A stretch of DNA of 63,754 nucleotides, from positions 1 through 63,754 of the forward strand of contig WRBR01000001.1 in assembly GCA_009784425.1 (NCBI GenBank). The letters run 5' to 3'. This DNA comes from Coriobacteriia bacterium. GTDB lineage: Bacteria > Actinomycetota > Coriobacteriia > Coriobacteriales > UBA8131. This document shows positions 27,558-35,905 of the stretch, one piece after another. Both the position numbers and the translations under genes were made by a program. The notes under the pieces are model-generated. The model did not search any database. It was not told the origin of the DNA and was given only the letters and a program-made list of their open reading frames with translations. Position 1 is the stretch's first letter. The number at the start of each line of letters is the position of its first letter.

Positions 27558-28580
27558 ATGACTAAAAAAGTACTCCTCACCGGTGACCGCCCCTCGGGGC
27601 AACTGCACCTTGGTCACTACGTTGGCTCGCTCAAGAACCGCTTGGCGTTGCAAAACAGCGGCGACTATACCTGCTACGTACTCATCGCAGACGTGCAGGC
27701 GCTCACTGATAACTTTGCCACACCGCAAAAGGTCAGGGAGTCAGTCTACGAGGTAGCCCTCGACTACCTGGCCGTGGGCCTCGACCCCGCGCTCACCACC
27801 ATTGCCATTCAATCCCAGATCCCGGCTATAGCCGAGCTGACTATCTTTTACCTCAACCTGGTATCGCTTGCGCGCGTGGAGCGCAACCCCACCGTCAAGG
27901 CAGAACTCACCACCAAGAACTTTGGCGCCGGCGTGCCCTGTGGTTTTGTAATTTACCCCGTGAGCCAAGCCGCCGACATCACCTTCTGCAAAGCACACGT
28001 GGTGCCGGTAGGCGTGGACCAACTCCCCATGCTTGAGCAAACGCGCGAGATTGTGCGGAGCTTCAACAGCTACTACGGCGAGGTGTTGGTAGAGCCCGAG
28101 GCCATGCTGGCAGAAGACGAGCAAAGCCGCCGCCTGCCCGGCACCGACGGAAACGACAACAAGATGAGCAAGAGCCTTGGCAACGCCATTTATCTGGCGG
28201 ACTCCGCCGAGGTGCTCTGGGAGAAGGTCAGAAGCATGTACACCGACCCTCAGCATCTGCGCGTTGAGGATCCGGGGCATATAGAAGGAAACACCGTGTT
28301 TACCTATCTGGACGTTTTTGACCCCGATAAAGCAGAGGTTGCTCGCTTAAAGGAGCACTACCAACGCGGAGGACTCGGAGACATCAAGGTTAAGAAGTAC
28401 CTCTTTGAGGTGCTAGAAGCTGAGCTGGCCCCCATTCGCCAGCGCCGCGAGGAGTACATGCAAGACCTTGGATACGTACGTCAAGTTTTAGAAGAAGGCA
28501 CAAGAAAGGCCAACGAAGTAGCCGCTGAAACACTCAACGCAGTAAAAACCGCCATGCACATCAACTACTTTGAGAGTTAA
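27558..28580 (+). CDS. trpS: tryptophan--tRNA ligase
   Basis: 340 aa with class I HIGH-like LHLGHY, KMSKS, and TrpRS-type sequence throughout. Confidence 0.94.
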   Translation: MTKKVLLTGDRPSGQLHLGHYVGSLKNRLALQNSGDYTCYVLIADVQALTDNFATPQKVRESVYEVALDYLAVGLDPALTTIAIQSQIPAIAELTIFYLNLVSLARVERNPTVKAELTTKNFGAGVPCGFVIYPVSQAADITFCKAHVVPVGVDQLPMLEQTREIVRSFNSYYGEVLVEPEAMLAEDEQSRRLPGTDGNDNKMSKSLGNAIYLADSAEVLWEKVRSMYTDPQHLRVEDPGHIEGNTVFTYLDVFDPDKAEVARLKEHYQRGGLGDIKVKKYLFEVLEAELAPIRQRREEYMQDLGYVRQVLEEGTRKANEVAAETLNAVKTAMHINYFES

Positions 28581-28582
28581 GA

Positions 28583-28760
28583 GTGGTACAGGAGGGACGG
28601 GGTTTGGTGAGTGGTACAGGAGGGACGGGGTTAGTGTACCACTTTGGCTCTTGAGCCAAAGTGGTACACTAACCCCGTCCCTCCTGTACCACCTCCTGTA
28701 CCACTCACCAAACCCCGTCCCTCCTGTACCACTCACCAAACCCCGTCCCTCCTGTACCAC
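28583..28760. repeat. nested type-B' palindrome between trpS and scpA
   Basis: Two GGTACAGGAGGGACGGGG units, an apical stem CACTTTGGCTC TT GAGCCAAAGTG, and three mirror units on the right. Confidence 0.9.
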
Positions 28761-28781
28761 TCCCAGTAAGAAACGAGAGGC

Positions 28782-29603
28782 ATGTCATACAACGTAAAAA
28801 CAGCTGATTTTGAGGGCCCCTTTCAGTTGCTGTTGCACCTGGTGAGCCAGCGCAAGGTTGACATCGGCAACATCTCCATTACCGATGTAGCCAGTCAGTA
28901 CCTGGAGTACCTGGGCGACATGCAAAATCTCGACATGGACGTAGCCTCAGACTTTATTGAGGTTGCTGCCAGTCTTCTGTCAATAAAGGCGGGTTCGCTC
29001 CTACCCAATGTCTCTGACTTTGAGCTTGATACCGAGGAATTTGAAGACATCGAACCGGAGCAGGCACGCGAGATACTGATTTCTCGCCTCATCGCCTATA
29101 AGCAGTTTCGCAATGCTGCTGCCGCGCTCTCTTCTCGCAGAGAAAGCGAGGGAAGGATGCACGCCAGGCATGCCGGTCTGGAAACCCCCTTCCTCTCGAT
29201 AATGCCCGACTACCTCGACGGCGTTAACCTTGAAAACCTGGCTCTGATGTGTGCCAGTTTGGCTGCCCGCAGAGAAGAGTTCTTGATGGAGGCCCGGCAC
29301 ATCGCCGCGCGCCCCATACCGGTTGAATCTCGGCTGGAGGAGATAAGTTTTATGCTGTCACGCAAAGGCACACTGACCTTTAGTGAGCTCTTGGTTGACC
29401 GCCGCGACAGCACCATGATAATCGTGAGCTTTCTGGCGATGCTCGAGCTTTTTCACCGCGGCATGGTTGAAATAGAACAGCACGATATGGACTCAACCAT
29501 CACTTTGACCTGGATTGACGAGGCCCACTGGGCACCAGCACCACTTGACCCAGAAAACGAAGCAGACCCAATAGACGAGTACCTGGAAAAACTGGAGAAA
29601 TAA
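28782..29603 (+). CDS. scpA: segregation and condensation protein A
   Basis: N-terminal FEGPFQLLLHLV motif. The gene is followed by scpB with an overlapping start/stop. Confidence 0.9.
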   Translation: MSYNVKTADFEGPFQLLLHLVSQRKVDIGNISITDVASQYLEYLGDMQNLDMDVASDFIEVAASLLSIKAGSLLPNVSDFELDTEEFEDIEPEQAREILISRLIAYKQFRNAAAALSSRRESEGRMHARHAGLETPFLSIMPDYLDGVNLENLALMCASLAARREEFLMEARHIAARPIPVESRLEEISFMLSRKGTLTFSELLVDRRDSTMIIVSFLAMLELFHRGMVEIEQHDMDSTITLTWIDEAHWAPAPLDPENEADPIDEYLEKLEK

Positions 29604-30283
29604 TGGCTCAAGAAAACCTATACGCGCAACTCGAAGCACTGTTATTTGTATCCGACGAACCAGTGAGCGCAGCCGAGCTTGCCAAAATAGTAGAAGCTCG
29701 CCCCTCAGAAGTGGACAGCGCCCTGGCATTTTTGGCTCATCGCTTTGCCGACGAGGAGCGCGGAATACAGCTGCGTGAGGTAGCCGGAGGTTGGCGCCTC
29801 TATTCACATCCAGCCTATCACGAGGTTATCGAGCGCTATATTGCTTCTTGGGATACCCGCACGCTCTCGCAGGCTGCCCTGGAGACGCTCGCGATTATCG
29901 CTTACCACCAGCCGGTGACCCGCTCAGAGATCAACACCATTCGCGGCGTTGGCTCCGAGGGCGTTGTCTCCCTGCTGGTTGACAAGGGCTTGGTGCGCGA
30001 GACCGGCAGATCTTCCTCGCCGGGCAACGCCATCATCTACGGCACGAGCCGCACCTTCTTGGAGCGCTTTGGCCTGAAAAGCCTGAACGACCTGCCTCCC
30101 CTTGAGCAATTTGCCCCGGATGAGCACACCAAGCAGGTTATCCGCGACAGGCTCTCTGCCGCCTCGGGCACTATGGCATCCTTGGAGATGGAGCCCACCC
30201 CCGAGCAAATGCAGCAAATAGCCGAAGGCTACGAAGACTACGATGACGACGATGACGACTACATCGAAGAACTCGAGCAGTGA
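29603..30283 (+). CDS. scpB: segregation and condensation protein B
   Basis: LEALLFVSDEPV and AYHQPVTRSEI motifs, plus an acidic C-terminal tail. Confidence 0.9.
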   Translation: MAQENLYAQLEALLFVSDEPVSAAELAKIVEARPSEVDSALAFLAHRFADEERGIQLREVAGGWRLYSHPAYHEVIERYIASWDTRTLSQAALETLAIIAYHQPVTRSEINTIRGVGSEGVVSLLVDKGLVRETGRSSSPGNAIIYGTSRTFLERFGLKSLNDLPPLEQFAPDEHTKQVIRDRLSAASGTMASLEMEPTPEQMQQIAEGYEDYDDDDDDYIEELEQ

Positions 30284-30284
30284 C

Positions 30285-30357
30285 ATGAGTCATGGGGACG
30301 GGGAAAGTGACTCTTTTATGCAGAAAAAGAGTCACTTTCCCCGTCCCCGTGACTCAT
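30285..30357. repeat. palindrome of the GAGTCA-GGGGACGGGG-TGACTC type between scpB and rluB
   Basis: ATGAGTCATGGGGACGGGGAAAGTGACTCTTTT / ATGCAG / its reverse complement (1 mismatch). A half copy recurs at 63604-63633. Confidence 0.88.
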
Positions 30358-30368
30358 TTTCATACCCA

Positions 30369-31172
30369 ATGCGCCTCCAAAAGTTTCTCGCGCGCGGCGG
30401 AGTTGCTTCCAGGCGCGGCTCAGAAGATTTGATGACCGCCGGCAGCGTCACCGTCAATGGGGTGGTAGTCACCGAGCTCGGCAGCAAAGTTGATCCCGCA
30501 ACCGACGAGGTGTGCGTTGACGGCAAGCCGGTTTTCCTCACCGATGAGTGGGACTACCTCATGATGCACAAGCCAGCCGGCTACCTCACCACCATGCTCG
30601 ATCCTCACGGCCGCCCCACAGTTAAAGACCTGCTGCCGAAGGAGCGCGCCGCCGGCTTGTTCCCCGTAGGCAGGCTGGACTCTGACACCACCGGACTCTT
30701 ACTCTTCATGACCGACGGTGAATTAGCGCATCGCCTGCTGCACCCCAAGAACCACGTTAGCAAGCGTTATCTGGCCACCGTAGACGGAGTGTTCACTGAG
30801 GAAAATGCTGCAGAGCTACGCGCAGGAGTCCTGCTCAACGACGGCATGACCAAGGCAGCCGAAGTAGAGATACTAAGCGAAGCGCAAGACACCAAGCTTA
30901 ACGATACGCACCTCAAGCAGTTCAAAAAACTCAACACCAACGAACGCATACAGCTGGCAGCAGGGGAGCTACCGGTAGTAACAACTGATGTACTGATAAC
31001 CATCTCCGAAGGCCGAAAACGCCAGGTCAAGCGCATGTTTGCCCACGTAGGCCGCCCCGTACTAAGCCTCCACCGCGAAGCCTTCGGCCCCCTAGAGCTC
31101 GGCGACCTCCAACCCAGCGAATCCCGCAAGCTCACCGAAAAAGAGATTAACAGCCTTAAAACTTCCATGTAG
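30369..31172 (+). CDS. rluB: 23S/16S rRNA pseudouridine synthase (RluB/RsuA family)
   Basis: S4 domain start MRLQKFLARGGVASRR and catalytic GRLDSDTTGLLL. Start set at ATG 30369; the upstream extension in the ORF track reads through a palindromic repeat. Confidence 0.88.
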   Translation: MRLQKFLARGGVASRRGSEDLMTAGSVTVNGVVVTELGSKVDPATDEVCVDGKPVFLTDEWDYLMMHKPAGYLTTMLDPHGRPTVKDLLPKERAAGLFPVGRLDSDTTGLLLFMTDGELAHRLLHPKNHVSKRYLATVDGVFTEENAAELRAGVLLNDGMTKAAEVEILSEAQDTKLNDTHLKQFKKLNTNERIQLAAGELPVVTTDVLITISEGRKRQVKRMFAHVGRPVLSLHREAFGPLELGDLQPSESRKLTEKEINSLKTSM

Positions 31173-31216
31173 AACCGGCAGCTTGTATAGCCAAGACTCA
31201 AAAAGGCTCAAAACCA

Positions 31217-31244
31217 TTGCGTATACGCAATACCGTGTTATACT
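31217..31244 (+). promoter_or_regulatory. 14-bp perfect palindrome TTGCGTATACGCAA (putative operator) followed by a TATACT -10 box, 6 nt before the ATG (leaderless transcript likely)
   Basis: Palindrome at 31217-31230, TATACT at 31239-31244, ATG at 31251. Confidence 0.5.
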
Positions 31245-31250
31245 ATTCTC

Positions 31251-31946
31251 ATGATGATTACAGCTGCAGACATAGTCTATGAAATAAGAAAAACACGCCT
31301 GCTCTCGATGAACACGCTCGCAGAGCTTGCCGGCGTACCTCCTTCAACTATTAGTCGAATAGAGGCAGGAAAGCTTGAGCCGACATTTTTGATGCTCATG
31401 CGAATCCTGCAAGCAGCTGGCTTTACTTTCGACAATCAGCTCAAGGAAAGCGGGTCTGACCAACCCTTCGACTCCTATATCAGGCGATTAAAAAAAAGCA
31501 ACCTAGATATTCAAAAAGAACCGGCAAAGAATCTACTTGCCGTAGCGTCATCCGCTCCCATAGCCAAACGTAACGGAGTCACCAGATACGAGCTTGGCTA
31601 CAGTTTACGCGATGTAGTGCTTGAACTGGAAAGACAAGGACAGAGCCCGGTTGTCTCCTCATTAGAATCTTGGGCAGGAAGCATCGACTCAGTTTATTCC
31701 TTCACGCCAATTGTCTATGTTGACAATCCGAGCATAATCAAGAACCTCAAGCCAGCCAACAGTCAATCAAGTCAGATTCTGTTCTTACTACCGCTCACAA
31801 AGAATGCACAAAAGAATATGAGGGCTGTCAGAGGCTTTAATATGACTAGCAGAGCATGGGGGATGCTTGATGCTTTGGCATCGCCCGGCAGACAACCTGA
31901 TGCCGCGCTTGAAACGCTTAGGGATTATTCAAGGAGCGTTGCATAA
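31251..31946 (+). CDS. XRE-type HTH protein with a roughly 160-aa C-terminal domain (possible AbiEi-like antitoxin; low confidence on the family)
   Basis: N-terminal HTH (LSMNTLAELAGVPPSTISRIEAGK). Apparently leaderless start 6 nt after a TATACT box. Perfect palindrome operator upstream. Confidence 0.7.
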   Translation: MMITAADIVYEIRKTRLLSMNTLAELAGVPPSTISRIEAGKLEPTFLMLMRILQAAGFTFDNQLKESGSDQPFDSYIRRLKKSNLDIQKEPAKNLLAVASSAPIAKRNGVTRYELGYSLRDVVLELERQGQSPVVSSLESWAGSIDSVYSFTPIVYVDNPSIIKNLKPANSQSSQILFLLPLTKNAQKNMRAVRGFNMTSRAWGMLDALASPGRQPDAALETLRDYSRSVA

Positions 31947-32112
31947 AGATGAGGATTGACGAAGATAGCATCGCCAATGCCAGATACGGGGCTGCTCAAT
32001 CACGTAGGCTGCTGGTAGGTGGCTTGCCGATTATCAAGAAGCAATAGAACCTTGGCTGAGAACCTGACAGGTTTTAGCTTGCACGCGAACATTTGTTTGC
32101 TATAATGGCTGT

Positions 32113-32652
32113 ATGCAGGAAGAATTCAGGATACTTGGTGTTGATCCCGGGTTGGCTAACTCAGGCTGGGGGATTATCGCTGTGCAGGGGAGTAAGCTCA
32201 GGCCGCTTGCTTATGGTTCGATTTCTACTGACTCAAAAGAGGAGCTGCCGCTGCGTTTAGCCAGGATTTATGATGAGTTTGCAGCGGTTATTCTCAAGTA
32301 TGTACCTGCCGAGCTGAGCATTGAGACTATCTACCATAAGGGCAATCCCAAGAGTTCGCTTTCAACGGCTCAGGCGCGCGGAGTGGCTCTGGTGGCTGCG
32401 GCACGCAGTTCGCTGGTGGTAAACGAGTACGCCCCTTCTGCGATAAAGCAGGCGGTGGTTGGCACAGGGTCAGCCACCAAACAGCAGGTGCAGTTCATGG
32501 TGCGGAGCCTGCTAGAGCTCAATCACACCCCCGAGCCCAATCACGCAGCCGACGCCTTGGCTGCCGCCATCTGTCACGCACACCTTCGCAGGTATAATGG
32601 TTTGGTACAGGAGGGACGGGGCTTGGTGAGTGGTACAGAGGGACGGGGTTAG
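32113..32652 (+). CDS. ruvC: crossover junction endodeoxyribonuclease RuvC
   Basis: ILGVDPG and ADALAAAICHAH motifs. The last roughly 17 codons and the TAG stop lie inside the palindromic repeat 32603-32736. Confidence 0.92.
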   Translation: MQEEFRILGVDPGLANSGWGIIAVQGSKLRPLAYGSISTDSKEELPLRLARIYDEFAAVILKYVPAELSIETIYHKGNPKSSLSTAQARGVALVAAARSSLVVNEYAPSAIKQAVVGTGSATKQQVQFMVRSLLELNHTPEPNHAADALAAAICHAHLRRYNGLVQEGRGLVSGTEGRG

Positions 32653-32736
32653 TGTACCACTTTGGCTCTTGAGCCAAAGTGGTACACTAACCCCGTCCCT
32701 CTGTACCACTCACCAAGCCCCGTCCCTCCTGTACCA
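32603..32736. repeat. nested type-B' palindrome covering the 3' end of ruvC
   Basis: Nearly identical to the 28583 element, including the apical stem CACTTTGGCTCTTGAGCCAAAGTG. It contains the ruvC TAG stop. Confidence 0.9.
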
Positions 32737-32753
32737 CACAAGGAAGGAAAAAC

Positions 32754-33350
32754 ATGATTGCATCACTCGTTGGAGTAGTTGAGCACAAGGATAGCTCGGG
32801 CGTTGTTATCAATGTGAGCGGCGTGGGCTTTCACTGCTTGATGAGCACCAACTCGCTTTTGTCGCTCGGTACCGTAGGCAGCGTGGTGCGCGTTGAGACC
32901 CTGCTTCTCATGAAAAACGAGACGCTCTCGCTTTACGGCTTTGCTACCGTTGAAGAGCGGGCGCTTTTTGAGAGCCTCACCTCAGTTTCTGGCGTAGGCG
33001 CAAAGTTTGCGCTGGCGATTCTCTCTGCCTATGCTCCGGCGGAACTCACCAAGATTATTCAATCGAGTGATGACACGCGGCTTACCACGGTCTCGGGCAT
33101 CGGCAAAAAAACCGCGCAGCGCATCATTCTTGAGCTGCAGGGCAGCCTGGACGCACTGGTAGGTTTCCGGGGCACACAAGCTCCCGCAGAGGGTAGTGCA
33201 GAGGCAGAAGTGGTGCTGGCGCTGGAGGCTATGGGCTTCTCGCGCTCGGAGATTGCCCTGGTGCTCTCGAGCAACGATGATGAGACTGTAGAAGGCAAAG
33301 AAAGTGACCCCTCAGAACTTATCCGCAAAGCTTTGAAGAAGTTAGGATAA
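32754..33350 (+). CDS. ruvA: Holliday junction DNA helicase subunit RuvA
   Basis: 198 aa with an OB-fold N-terminus and HhH motifs ([21 protein letters not shown]). Confidence 0.93.
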   Translation: MIASLVGVVEHKDSSGVVINVSGVGFHCLMSTNSLLSLGTVGSVVRVETLLLMKNETLSLYGFATVEERALFESLTSVSGVGAKFALAILSAYAPAELTKIIQSSDDTRLTTVSGIGKKTAQRIILELQGSLDALVGFRGTQAPAEGSAEAEVVLALEAMGFSRSEIALVLSSNDDETVEGKESDPSELIRKALKKLG

Positions 33351-33354
33351 GCGC

Positions 33355-34467
33355 ATGGTTAATTGGGAAGCCGACAACTTAGACGAAAACAGAGCAAACT
33401 GGGAAGCTGACAACTCAGACGATGACTTTGCCCAGGGCAGTGTGGTGCGCGACCTTTCGGCCACCGCCGCAGACGACGATACCGGCCTTGACCGCTCACT
33501 GCGCCCGCAGTATCTCAAGGACTATTTGGGGCAGGGCAGGGTCAAGGAAAACCTTGCAGTATTGATTGAGGCGGCAAGGGCGCGCGGCGAGTCACTGGAT
33601 CACTTGCTCCTCAGCGGACCGCCCGGCTTGGGCAAAACCACGCTGGCTGGCGTGGTGGCCAACGAGCTGGGAGTCTCCATCAAGGTCACCAGCGGCCCGG
33701 CCATAGAGCGCGCCGGTGATTTGGCGGCAATCCTCACCAACCTCGAGCGCGGCGACGTGCTGTTCATAGACGAGATCCACCGCCTCAACCGCGCGGTAGA
33801 AGAAGTGCTGTACCCGGCCATGGAAGACTTTATGTTGGACATCGTCATTGGCAAGGGCCCGGCGGCGCGCTCCATCAGGCTTGACCTTGCTCCCTTTACT
33901 CTGATTGGCGCTACTACGCGCACGGGCCTGCTAACCGGGCCGCTGCGCGACCGCTTTGGCATAGCCTATCGACTGGATTACTACGTAGCCGAGGAGCTCA
34001 AGCAAATCGTGGAGCGCTCGGCTTTGCTCCTGGGGGTCAGTATCGACAAAGAGGGAGCCCTGGAGATTGCACGCCGCAGCCGCGGCACCCCTCGTTTAGC
34101 CAACCGCCTGCTCAAGCGGGTGCGCGATTACGCAGAAGTGCGGGCCGAAGGCCACATCTCGCTTGCGGTAGCCCGCGAGGCGCTCAGCTTCTTTGAAGTA
34201 GACGCACTCGGCCTCGACAACATGGACAACAAGATACTTGACCTGCTCACCATAACCTTTGCCGGCGCCCCCGTGGGCCTCTCCACCCTGTCAAGCGCCC
34301 TCGGCGAAGACCCCGACAGTATGGAAGAAGTCTACGAGCCCTACCTGCTACAGCAAGGCCTCATAAAGCGCACCCCCAAAGGTCGCGTAGCAACCCCCCG
34401 CGCCTTTGAACACCGCGGCCTACCATACGGTGACGCGGAAGAGGCACAAACAAGCATCGAGTATTAG
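33355..34467 (+). CDS. ruvB: Holliday junction DNA helicase subunit RuvB
   Basis: Walker [10 protein letters not shown], Walker [10 protein letters not shown], and RuvB-type sequence throughout. N-terminal roughly 35-aa acidic extension with a duplicated NWEADN motif. Confidence 0.94.
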   Translation: MVNWEADNLDENRANWEADNSDDDFAQGSVVRDLSATAADDDTGLDRSLRPQYLKDYLGQGRVKENLAVLIEAARARGESLDHLLLSGPPGLGKTTLAGVVANELGVSIKVTSGPAIERAGDLAAILTNLERGDVLFIDEIHRLNRAVEEVLYPAMEDFMLDIVIGKGPAARSIRLDLAPFTLIGATTRTGLLTGPLRDRFGIAYRLDYYVAEELKQIVERSALLLGVSIDKEGALEIARRSRGTPRLANRLLKRVRDYAEVRAEGHISLAVAREALSFFEVDALGLDNMDNKILDLLTITFAGAPVGLSTLSSALGEDPDSMEEVYEPYLLQQGLIKRTPKGRVATPRAFEHRGLPYGDAEEAQTSIEY

Positions 34468-34573
34468 TGTGTCAGATGACACCCCTCACCGTCATTCCGG
34501 GCTTGACCCGGAATCTTCGCAAATACACTAAAATAAACCTCACAGAAAACCACAACAGAAACAAGGAAAACCC

Positions 34574-35020
34574 ATGTTTGAAAACGACTACATAATGCGC
34601 ATGATAATGCAGCTCACCCGCGCTCTCAGAAAATCTCTCTTCAGGGAATACAGCAACCCAGATATAGAGATTCGCGACATTGAGGGCAGGGTTGCCGAAG
34701 CACTTGACCTTGACCCACGCCTGATGTTCAAGCTTGAGCCGGACTCCTTGGTGTCTCTCTTGCAGCTGGGCAGCGTTGACCCGGTGCTGGCAGTCTTTGC
34801 CGTGAGGTCAATCTACTACGAATCAGACCTCCTGGAGGCAAACGGCGAGCTGGAAAAGGCCGATCTGCGCCGGAGGCAGGCAGATGCCATCGCCGAAGCC
34901 TACAACATAGAAGTCACCCTCGCCGACGGCTCTGCAGAAGCTATGGAAGAATTTCTCAACGAACAAGAACTCGAAGACGAGTACTGGCTAGAGACAGAAG
35001 ACGAAGAAAACGAAAAGTAG
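34574..35020 (+). CDS. hypothetical helical protein with acidic C-terminus
   Basis: 148-aa ORF with a good purine-rich region upstream. No recognisable catalytic motif. Confidence 0.6.
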   Translation: MFENDYIMRMIMQLTRALRKSLFREYSNPDIEIRDIEGRVAEALDLDPRLMFKLEPDSLVSLLQLGSVDPVLAVFAVRSIYYESDLLEANGELEKADLRRRQADAIAEAYNIEVTLADGSAEAMEEFLNEQELEDEYWLETEDEENEK

Positions 35021-35040
35021 CTGGAGGGTGGTATCACTAA

Positions 35041-35865
35041 ATGACAGCTAGCGAAGAGTGGGCCGCAAAGAACATAAGTAATGAAACCAAAGAGAAACTT
35101 GCTCGCTCATTATCCTGGGAAACAGCGGAACTGCTACCGTTTATGCCCTATCTGCTCCAAGACTTCTGGGAGCTTGGAAGCGACCCCGAGGTAATGGTGC
35201 AACTGGTAAAGAAACATATAGCGGTGTCACAAAACACAAGGATACTTGACGTAGCCTGTGGCAAGGGTCCGGTGTCGGTGAGGCTTGCCCAAAAACTTGG
35301 GGTGAGGGTTAAGGGAATCGACCTCATGCCCGAGTTCATTGAATATGCCAGGAGCCAGGCACGCGAGCTGGCGGTTGAAGATCTCTGCGAGTTTGTCCTA
35401 GATGATATCAACGAGGCCCTCAAAACTGAAAGGGACTATGACTGCCTGGTATTTGGAGCAGTTGGCACGGAGGTGTTGGGAGGCCCAGCTGAAGCCTTGC
35501 GCAAGCTCAAGTCCGCGGTAAAACCAGGCGGCTACATCCTGATTGAAGAGGGCTATATACCAACTGACGGCAAACGAGAAAGCATCAGGTTCAACAGAGA
35601 CGCTTATTTCCCGCTGGAACACTGGCTGACCCTCTTCAAAGAAACAGGCTTGGAGCTGGTTGAAACCGCCTCTGGCCACAGCGAGGAAAACCTGGACAAA
35701 ACCACCGGCGTGGCCGCAATTACAAACAGAGCCAACGAGCTGACTCGAGAACACCCTGACAAAAAAGAGCTCTTTGAAGCGTACGTCAAAACCCAACAAG
35801 ACGAGTATAACGACATAGACGACAGCCTCGTCTGCGTAACCTGGATGCTCAAAAGCAGTGGATAA
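35041..35865 (+). CDS. class I SAM-dependent methyltransferase
   Basis: Motif I ILDVACGKGPVS with an acidic loop downstream, and motif post-II LVFGAVG. Confidence 0.8.
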   Translation: MTASEEWAAKNISNETKEKLARSLSWETAELLPFMPYLLQDFWELGSDPEVMVQLVKKHIAVSQNTRILDVACGKGPVSVRLAQKLGVRVKGIDLMPEFIEYARSQARELAVEDLCEFVLDDINEALKTERDYDCLVFGAVGTEVLGGPAEALRKLKSAVKPGGYILIEEGYIPTDGKRESIRFNRDAYFPLEHWLTLFKETGLELVETASGHSEENLDKTTGVAAITNRANELTREHPDKKELFEAYVKTQQDEYNDIDDSLVCVTWMLKSSG

Positions 35866-35905
35866 AGAGTAGCTTGCTGACACTAATGCAGTAAAATAGC
35901 TGATT

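Noticed and set aside
30243-30368. The long N-terminal extension of rluB in the ORF track (MTTMTTTSKNSSSDMSHGDGESDSF...).
   Set aside because: The extension overlaps the scpB 3' end and reads through the 30285-30357 palindrome. The canonical S4-domain start MRLQKFLARGG begins at 30369.
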